A stretch of 12,299 nucleotides of DNA, taken from Pseudobacteriovorax sp. (GTDB lineage: Bacteria; Bdellovibrionota_B; Oligoflexia; Oligoflexales; Oligoflexaceae). The position numbers and the translations under genes were made by a program. Positions 5,502-12,299 of this stretch are shown here, piece after piece (position 1 is the stretch's first letter; every line of letters begins with the position of its first letter). The notes beneath the pieces are model-generated. The model saw only the letters and a program-made list of their open reading frames with translations. It ran no database searches and was not told the DNA's origin. The stretch spans positions 1-12,299 of the forward strand of contig JBNKNM010000172.1 of NCBI GenBank assembly GCA_050293845.1, read 5' to 3'.

Positions 5502-7358
5502 TCATTGCCCTGAGCAGGCTGTCACCTGAGGGTCGATGCAGCGAAATTCATCAAGCCCGAAAAATGCAAGAATGGCATCTTCCTCATAGGACATTGAGTG
5601 CCCGTTTCCAGGGGACGACCAGGTTTCGAATTCTACGAAGTCGCAATTTCCTCTCCAGAATTTTCGTTCATAGAAGTAAGAGGTGTTAATAGAATCCTGG
5701 TAGCTAGGCGATGGGCTCAAACCAAGCACATTGGGCCACAGCTTTGCAGCCTCATTCATATTATTGTAACTAATTGTCGCGTCTGCCGTGCCATGAAAGA
5801 GCTGAACACGGGGACGCGGCCCATTATAGCCTGGATACATAGTACGAGCTTGGTTGCCCCATTCTTGGGCGCTTTTGTTGGTTCTACCTCCGGCACAGTT
5901 TCCGGACCATTGGTTACTAGGATTGTATTCATCCGCCCAGCAACCAGCTGGCACACCCGCTCTAGCTGAGCCAGCTTTGAAAATATCAGGGTAGACCGCC
6001 AGCATAGCTTGAGTCATCATTGCCCCTGAAGAGCCTCCCATAATATAGACGCGGTTATTGTCACCATGATAGGTCCGAAGTGCATATTGGACCATCTGAG
6101 CTATGGCTTGAGTGTCCCCACCACCATCATGAGTTAGAGATGACCTTGAGCCTACATCCCAGCAATTCTTCTGGCTGTTGTCCGGGAATATTACAATGAA
6201 ACCAACTCTGTCCGCAGCTTGCCGAATTTTCGTATTGTTATTGAATTGCCCCGATGCCGAGTTTCCACAGGAATGAGCTGATACCAGGATAGGAGGTTTC
6301 GATGAAGGGGCTCCAGGAACATAGATATACATATTTACTTCATTTGGCACACCATTGGACCATGCAGATCTGTCTACCCGCTGCAGCGATCCGCTGGGGG
6401 TATTTGGAGGTCTCGTCTCAGTACAATAGGGAGGCTCTGCTGTAACCAAGACCGTTTCAGTTTTCATTGCTGACTTACCATCGTCATCAATAACCGTAAC
6501 GGTGATAGTATAAGTACCTTCACTTTGGTACTGGTGAGTTGTTATGATGCCATTGGCCCCATAGCCATCTCCATAGTCAACTAAATACTCGACAATGGTT
6601 CCATCATAGTCAGAAGACGTGGATGCATCAACGGTGACAGTCTCTCCTGGAGTGATAATTGTTGGGGTCACAGAAAAATTAACCACAGGTTCGCCATTCA
6701 AGGATAAAGTTGTCACTTTGATGGCATTGATGAGAGCGTTCTCCAGAACCGTGACAAATTCAATATTCAATTCGCCATCAGTAACGGAAACCTGGTGCTC
6801 CGTAACATAAGCGGTATTGGCTCCCACTGTATTATAGAGATCAAGATTGCTGATATATGGGCTTCCTTCTATGAAAACATTGAACTTTCTTGAGTTGGTC
6901 GATTGATGGTAATTCTCTGCAAAATGAAGAGTCACAAGGTAATCCCCATTAGGAACTGGGGTTGAATAGGTGGAGTTTCCATATCTTTCAGTCGAGTATA
7001 AAGTTGGATCGGGTGTTCCTAAAACACTTGCATTATTAGAGTAGGCCGAACCTCCTGAATAAGCTGTGTCAGCCAAATATTGGGTGCCATCAGCACCCGT
7101 ATAGGCACTGCCACCGCAGTTGACAGCAAAAATGGTCGCGTCTTCGCTTATTATCGGCAACAAGTGTAGCTGTTCCTTGCCATCAAAGCCAGTAGCGCTC
7201 ACCGAGAGATTCCCAACAAAATTGCTTGGGTCAAGGTATCCCGTAGCAGCAACCTTCGTATCATACTGCGAGACATGAGCTGTGGCAAAACCTAAGCTAG
7301 ACAAGGAAACTAGAAATACAAGACGATGCGAAATTATAAGCACTCTTAGGGGTGTCAT
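5502..7358 (-). CDS. Secreted malectin + PKD + CE1 (PHB-depolymerase-family; acetylxylan/feruloyl esterase-like) esterase
   Basis: Signal peptide. Malectin (AVNCGG...LYSTERYG...VTLHFAE...RKFNVFIEG...INAIKV, ~6714-7135). PKD (DASTSSDYDGTIVEYLVDYGDG...THQY...GTYTITVTVIDDDG, ~6442-6690). CE1 with MYIYVP, HSCG, CWDV, GGSSG nucleophile (~6024-6038), FHGTAD and GHS. SD AAAGGA. Confidence 0.92.
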   Translation of the reverse strand: MTPLRVLIISHRLVFLVSLSSLGFATAHVSQYDTKVAATGYLDPSNFVGNLSVSATGFDGKEQLHLLPIISEDATIFAVNCGGSAYTGADGTQYLADTAYSGGSAYSNNASVLGTPDPTLYSTERYGNSTYSTPVPNGDYLVTLHFAENYHQSTNSRKFNVFIEGSPYISNLDLYNTVGANTAYVTEHQVSVTDGELNIEFVTVLENALINAIKVTTLSLNGEPVVNFSVTPTIITPGETVTVDASTSSDYDGTIVEYLVDYGDGYGANGIITTHQYQSEGTYTITVTVIDDDGKSAMKTETVLVTAEPPYCTETRPPNTPSGSLQRVDRSAWSNGVPNEVNMYIYVPGAPSSKPPILVSAHSCGNSASGQFNNNTKIRQAADRVGFIVIFPDNSQKNCWDVGSRSSLTHDGGGDTQAIAQMVQYALRTYHGDNNRVYIMGGSSGAMMTQAMLAVYPDIFKAGSARAGVPAGCWADEYNPSNQWSGNCAGGRTNKSAQEWGNQARTMYPGYNGPRPRVQLFHGTADATISYNNMNEAAKLWPNVLGLSPSPSYQDSINTSYFYERKFWRGNCDFVEFETWSSPGNGHSMSYEEDAILAFFGLDEFRCIDPQVTACSGQ

Positions 7359-7688
7359 GATGAAGTTCCTTTAAATTCATAATGTAAACAAAGGTTCTTG
7401 CTTGCCATTCATCCGTTCTCTTATTCAGACTAAGATGTTAGGAACCAAGCAAGGGGAATAAAGTTTGTTCGATCTTTCTTTATTGATGTTTATTATTGAT
7501 GACTCAAAATAAGCCAGCCTGTCTGAAATATTGTTTATAATTGTTGAGACACTGCATATGAAAGGCTCAAAGAATAGAGGCAAACAAAACTTTAAAAAAG
7601 CTCTCTCATATGCGATTTTCTAAATCATGAAACTTAATCATTAATGTTAAACTAACCACTTCAATAAGTTTGAAATGGGAAAAAGCTC

Positions 7689-7704
7689 ATCAGTATATAC
7701 TGAT
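7689..7704. promoter_or_regulatory. Perfect 16-bp palindrome
   Basis: ATCAGTATATACTGAT, 11 nt after the stop of the 977-aa gene, in the spacer upstream of the esterase gene. Confidence 0.4.
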
Positions 7705-7715
7705 TATTCAATCCA

Positions 7716-10649
7716 TTAACGCAGCAGCTCCGCGGCTATCCATAAAATCGGTGCCTGGCCGTGACCATCTCCAGTAAGTCGACTCAATGCCATGTATTCT
7801 TGGGGCGTGCTATGATACCAGGTTCCCACACAAATATCCCTAAGATCTCCTTGAGGAGAAATTTTGTTTTGCAATCCCTGCCAAGCAGCCTCGATTACCG
7901 GAGTAAATGTTTTTGCATCCAGAACACCGCGTCTGACTCCTGCTATCATTGCATAGGTAAACATTGCTGAACTCGAGGATTCTTCCCAATTGTTTGGATC
8001 ATTGGGCATATCTATAACCTGATACCAAAGTCCATTTGCACTTTGGTAAGGTAGCAAGCCCAGCATCATTTTTTTGAAGCCATTTTCGATAGTTTGATAA
8101 TAGCTATTATTTTTAGGAAGGCTACGAATCATTTCAGCCATTCCTGCCGCAAACCAACCATTACCTCGTCCCCAGTGGACACGAGCCTGGCTAACATTGT
8201 GAAAAAAGAGCCCATTAGACTGTTGTGCCGATAAATAATCTACCATCGTTGCCGCCATAAAATCTAGGTACTTCACATCCCCCGTGGCACGATAGGCTTC
8301 TAATTGTAGACCGCTCATCATATACATATCATCAATGGCATTTCTGGTTTGATTGGTAACCTGTTGGGTATCCGCTGTTGTTGTACCGAGGCTGAGATAA
8401 CTTACATCCCCAGTTTTAAGGTAGATTTCTAAGGGAACCATCCCAAAAATATAGCGATCAACGTGGGCATCGCCTCCTGTCATGGCGCTGATGAAGTCGC
8501 CCTTAAGAGGGTCAAATTTTGATACCAGTGAATTTAAAAGTCTTTGGTTTTTGGTATAGCTTACCACTCCCAGAGAGCCATACCACTCGCAAGCTACCTT
8601 GTACCCATCACCTGGTAGGTTAGCGACAGAACTAAAGGATAACGGCTGACGATTGAAGCGATCAGCTAGCAAATCTCCTATCGATCTTGCTGAAGGGATT
8701 AAATGGGCGAGAGGATTTGTATCCGGTGTACTTTGACAAACGTCAATATCATTGCTATTTAGTACTCCCACTATATCGGTGTCATAGCTTTGAGCGCTAT
8801 TATAGGTGCCCCGCATCCAAAGTAAAGCTGTATTGTCTTTATCCCATTTGGGAACAACAGGGCGTATATTGTCCATCGTCGAATTCGCTGTCACAGCTTC
8901 CCAAGTAAATGTTTGTCCTCCATCACAGGTCACTCCCTTCCAGATTTCTTTTTTTCCATAGTAGTCTCCTTCATCTGTGTTGGGATTATAGGGAGTTGAA
9001 ATATAGATCACATTCGGATTATCAGGATCTAAGGCTCCCAGACCGGTATAGTCTTGTTCGTCGTTATATAGCTTTGTCCCTGCCCGGGCGAGATAGGTCG
9101 TTTTCCAGGAATTTCCGTCGAATCGAAAGAAGAGTAGTCGTTTATCTGGATCGCTACTACCAGTACCAGACACTCTTGCAGAACCGATAGCTGCGATCGT
9201 TCCATCTTCATAGCGAACGATGTCAGCGTTCCAAGCATGATCTAATTTAACCCCATTTATGGTCATTCCGGTTGAAAATACCTTAGTATATTTGTTAATA
9301 TTTTCAGCCGAACTATCAGTAGCATCGCTATCGATAACTTGGCCAAATGAGTTATAGTTCATGGAACCTTGTCTGTAACCATGATAAAGACTATTATCAA
9401 AATTTCTAGGATGGGCTTCTGTACCAAGGAAATCTATACGATTCGAATTGTTACCCCAGTATTTATAATAGCCAGCGACATAACCGACTTGCGGTGTTGA
9501 AGTTAGCCGTCCTCCAAAGTTCCAGGATTGGCCATCATCATTGGAATAGAGGTAGTTTGGACTTGTCTCAACCGAGCGAACAAAACTGTGTATCGTATCC
9601 CCTAGATACCACATATTTGCGTAAGTTATCCTATTTCCACTGCTAGTGGGGCAACCATGGGAGCTCCAATTATAGCTTCGCACTGAAGACCAGGAAGATC
9701 CATTGTAAACGCTGTAGTAACTATTGCAGTCATTATTGTGACCAGCCCACATCGCAGCATATTGCCCATCTGCTGTCTTAATGATAGCCGGTGCATCATG
9801 ATCATCTGCATAGGACATAGTATCGATATGATGCCTAACCCCCTGCCCATTGGCAATATTCCAATTTACAATTTCAACTTGGGCTGATCTTCCCCCACCA
9901 CTGGCAATTGAGCCAATAATTAGCTCTCCTTTTTGTGGATCAACAATGACCCGTTCATCCTGATACCAACACCAACCTCCATTATTATTAAATTGGATCA
10001 GATTGCCATTGACCCAATCATCGTCGTTGTTGTCACCGCCATTATTAGGATCATCTCCTAAGGATGAAATGTAAAGCTGATCTAGACTAACTCCATCTTC
10101 GCGATTGGCAATTTCTAAAGTGTGGCTGCCTTCTCCAAGATTATAAATCATGGCACTGTTTCCATTATCGGAGTTATGGACGTCATCCCAGGTCCAGCTA
10201 TTACCTGCACCGGAGATAGAATTCCATTTAACAAAGGCTCCTCCATCCATACTTACCCAGAAGGAATCATCGTCAGGTGTTGGTGCTTTTACGCGTCCCC
10301 ACACTTTATAGGCACCGGCATTCACTGAAAAATTGAAGGTGACCCGATTGGGTCCAGGGTTATCAATATTGTTCGCTGTGGGAGCAATATAGCGACCTCC
10401 TGAAGCGGCACTATCGTTACCGACAGAAAAACCTGGATTTCCCGATAAAAGTCCTTCTTCTGATTCTATATAGATTGCACTACTCACCGTAACATCCGAA
10501 AAGGATACGCTACTAGCTTCAAGTGAATCATCTGAAAGAGAGCTTTCTTCTTTGTTAGGGGCACATCCAAAAATCAAGGTTAAGAGCAAAGCAGCATTTA
10601 AGCATTTGTTGTTAAGGTAACCAATAATTCTATGATCCTTGCTGTTCAT
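7716..10649 (-). CDS. Modular lipoprotein: CBM-like domain + BNR-4 beta-propeller + GH105 (GH88/105) unsaturated glycuronyl hydrolase
   Basis: Lipobox LIFGC (Cys29). Beta-sandwich CBM-like module (IESE...ASGGRYI...DSFWV...GSHTLEIANREDGVSLDQL, ~10050-10478). BNR-4-type domain (GGWCWYQDER, DDHDAP, SNDDGQSW and TCDGGQTF Asp-boxes, NIRP, ~8765-10005). GH105 (IDDMYM 8319-8336, LFFH, WGRGNGW 8154-8174, GLWYQV, ESSSSAMF, HG). Confidence 0.9.
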   Translation of the reverse strand: MNSKDHRIIGYLNNKCLNAALLLTLIFGCAPNKEESSLSDDSLEASSVSFSDVTVSSAIYIESEEGLLSGNPGFSVGNDSAASGGRYIAPTANNIDNPGPNRVTFNFSVNAGAYKVWGRVKAPTPDDDSFWVSMDGGAFVKWNSISGAGNSWTWDDVHNSDNGNSAMIYNLGEGSHTLEIANREDGVSLDQLYISSLGDDPNNGGDNNDDDWVNGNLIQFNNNGGWCWYQDERVIVDPQKGELIIGSIASGGGRSAQVEIVNWNIANGQGVRHHIDTMSYADDHDAPAIIKTADGQYAAMWAGHNNDCNSYYSVYNGSSWSSVRSYNWSSHGCPTSSGNRITYANMWYLGDTIHSFVRSVETSPNYLYSNDDGQSWNFGGRLTSTPQVGYVAGYYKYWGNNSNRIDFLGTEAHPRNFDNSLYHGYRQGSMNYNSFGQVIDSDATDSSAENINKYTKVFSTGMTINGVKLDHAWNADIVRYEDGTIAAIGSARVSGTGSSDPDKRLLFFRFDGNSWKTTYLARAGTKLYNDEQDYTGLGALDPDNPNVIYISTPYNPNTDEGDYYGKKEIWKGVTCDGGQTFTWEAVTANSTMDNIRPVVPKWDKDNTALLWMRGTYNSAQSYDTDIVGVLNSNDIDVCQSTPDTNPLAHLIPSARSIGDLLADRFNRQPLSFSSVANLPGDGYKVACEWYGSLGVVSYTKNQRLLNSLVSKFDPLKGDFISAMTGGDAHVDRYIFGMVPLEIYLKTGDVSYLSLGTTTADTQQVTNQTRNAIDDMYMMSGLQLEAYRATGDVKYLDFMAATMVDYLSAQQSNGLFFHNVSQARVHWGRGNGWFAAGMAEMIRSLPKNNSYYQTIENGFKKMMLGLLPYQSANGLWYQVIDMPNDPNNWEESSSSAMFTYAMIAGVRRGVLDAKTFTPVIEAAWQGLQNKISPQGDLRDICVGTWYHSTPQEYMALSRLTGDGHGQAPILWIAAELLR

Positions 10650-11267
10650 TATTTCCCCCCAAAAAATTTAATATTATAATCAGGTTCTTGCATTCGTTTG
10701 CACCTCATCGTCAGGAATCCAAAATCAAGACTTGATAATATTTTGCTTCCCAATGCCCGAAGTATAACTTCCATCTAAATAGATGCATAAATCAAAGACG
10801 GACTATCCGTCCTAAGAACTTTTAGCCACTAGATGAAAATATATTTTCGCCATACCATAGAACAAAAGAGAATCAACTTACAATAGTGTCATTCGACATA
10901 CATGGAAATCTCGTAGAAATGAATCATTTTTTAAAAGTCTTGGTCCGACTCTATCGAACCACTCATAAAAAATTTAATAAGTGAAAAATGTCATAAATAA
11001 GTTTTTGGAGTTTATGTGTGGAAGTGTTGTGATCAATGGATCTCTCGATTAGACATCCTTTCTTCCTCGTTCGCATACTGACACGATTTGTTGGAGAAAA
11101 GCGGCTGCAATAGGGCTGGATAGGTGGGGCCTATTCTGGGTCGTTTTGGGAAAAAATCGTAGTCATTATAAGAGCTTAACTTCGGTGGTCTATTTTCCCT
11201 CGTTTAGGTAGTAATTTTCGTATTCGTTATACTATTAGATATCAAGATTTATTTCCGGACAAACTTG

Positions 11268-11312
11268 AAAAACAAAAGCCCGAATCGCTTTGCAGTTAGG
11301 GCTTTATTTTTT
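11268..11312. terminator. Probable bidirectional intrinsic terminator downstream of the cytochrome c gene
   Basis: AAAGCCC (11275-11281)/GGGCTTT (11299-11305) stem with an A-tract on the left and a T-tract on the right. Confidence 0.55.
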
Positions 11313-11448
11313 ATACACTTTAGTTTATAACGATAACCTATCAAATAGCCCCACTTCCCAGTCCATCGAATTTCCTCTAGGTTATGTGGTGTCACGGTAT
11401 CATGACTCGCGCTGGATTCCTTTGCGACCATGGGTCGTCACAATTCTA

Positions 11449-11907
11449 TCAAAGGGGTTCATTGAGATAGGCAGCGATAGCCTCTGCTTGTTGAAGATTA
11501 GGAAAGTTAAGGTCTTCATGGTCATCCTCATCACTTTCATTTGCAATTTCTTCAGCGCTGAGGGAAATCAGGTTTGATGCAGCAGCAGCTTGATGACAAG
11601 CCATGCAGGTATTATCGTAGATTTCCTTACCTTGTTGCTTTAGCTTTCGTTCAGCGCTTTCAGGCGTTTGTTCCTCTATTTTTTCACCAGTATTAACAGG
11701 TCCATCAGGTAATTGCACGCGGTCCAAAACATTTTGACTTTCAATAGCAGATCTTTGCGCCTCTTGAGGTTGAGTCTGAACTTCTTGAACAACAGGCGCT
11801 CTTCTTGGTGGTAAAGGTAACTGACGCGATCCACAAGAGGTGATGATTAAGCTCATTACGACTAGACATGTTGAAAAAAATGTTTCAAAGTATCGGATGT
11901 TATTCAT
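11449..11907 (-). CDS. Monoheme c-type cytochrome lipoprotein
   Basis: ATG with GGAG SD; lipobox ITSC; Pro/Gln-rich linker; class I pattern GKEIYDNTCMACH (CxxCH at 11593-11607) and C-terminal AIAAYL helix. Confidence 0.88.
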   Translation of the reverse strand: MNNIRYFETFFSTCLVVMSLIITSCGSRQLPLPPRRAPVVQEVQTQPQEAQRSAIESQNVLDRVQLPDGPVNTGEKIEEQTPESAERKLKQQGKEIYDNTCMACHQAAAASNLISLSAEEIANESDEDDHEDLNFPNLQQAEAIAAYLNEPL

Positions 11908-12100
11908 ACAATTGCTCTCCAGTGTTACATACCCAAAAAAAAGTGCTAGAAATTATTTTTTTCATTTTCAAAATCTACAAAATTTATCGGCATTTTTATG
12001 GAAAACATAAATACATCTTGTTTTATTCTTTTATTACAAGCTATTATTGATATTCAAAATATACAAAATATATAGAAATAAATGCATAAACTAGTTGTAC

Positions 12101-12299
12101 TTAGTATACAAAAATATTACTGAATTTTGCTTCTAGCATCGTCATAATATGATCATTATTCCCCCCAACACATCTTGGTGCACTAGGGTCATGGAAATCT
12201 TTTAGAAAACTAGTCGCAGGAATATCAGCTTGACACCAGAAGTAAGAATATCTGTATCTGAAATTGCTCCGTAACTTCCAGATTAGGTGCACTCATCCT
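12101..12299 (-). other. Possible degraded 3' end of a gene entering from the right edge
   Basis: The 63-aa frame is closed by TGA at 12295-12293 directly before its GTG. Another frame reads DECT*SGSYGAISDTDILT and could join CQADIPATSF...NIFVY* by a frameshift. No family recognised. Confidence 0.25.

Noticed and set aside
5232..5513. 93-aa + strand ORF
   Set aside because: Overlaps the better-supported frame starting at 5207 and spans the apparent junction; no SD or motif.
7689..7704. Palindrome as a LexA box
   Set aside because: Reads CAGT-N6-ACTG, not the CTGT-N8-ACAG consensus.
5598..10328. Short ORFs nested in the two CAZyme genes (5598, 5756, 6619, 7761, 8687, 8909, 9029, 9626, 10122)
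   Set aside because: Shadow or alternative frames within long, motif-supported CDSs.
11014..11211. MCG...RWGL frame resembling a decayed SRAP/Ntn-type gene
   Set aside because: Stop after 12 codons, SD too close to the ATG and similarity limited to a few residues; cannot be supported without a search.
11249..11577. ORFs 11249-11431 (-) and 11290-11577 (+)
   Set aside because: No recognisable motif; both overlap the terminator-like hairpin, and the + ORF is also antisense to the cytochrome gene.
11868..12050. 60-aa + strand ORF
   Set aside because: Low-complexity translation of AT-rich promoter DNA.

Overview
AT-rich bacterial accessory region; almost all genes are on the minus strand. The many lipoproteins suggest a Gram-negative organism, possibly Oligoflexia/Bdellovibrionota-like (tentative). 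Left to right: (i) a ~150-nt highly structured non-coding element (103-253); (ii) a lipoprotein with a GETPD tandem-repeat stalk and a DUF4360-like four-Cys domain; (iii) an intergenic stretch with hairpins, a terminator and a 120-bp ERIC-like palindromic element; (iv) a three-gene putative metal (copper?) unit: a Cys/His-rich small ORF ending DIFHPPIF (candidate ribosome-arrest leader), an outer-membrane beta-barrel with N-terminal CASC, and a lipoprotein with two YtkA-like MPTMGHG domains; (v) mobile-element debris: a decayed IS6-family transposase 3' end with its inverted repeat (absent from the ORF track), a CxxC hypothetical gene and a truncated, possibly integrase-like N-terminus; (vi) two large exported modular CAZymes, a malectin-PKD-CE1 esterase and a lipoprotein fusing a CBM-like domain, a BNR-4 propeller and a GH105 hydrolase, which share a positioned upstream 10-mer; (vii) a monoheme cytochrome c lipoprotein. 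The best candidates for undescribed biology are the BNR-4/GH105 fusion (putative lyase plus unsaturated glycuronidase), the HPP-leader metal operon and the structured RNA at 103-253. All family calls come from motif recognition by eye, not database searches.
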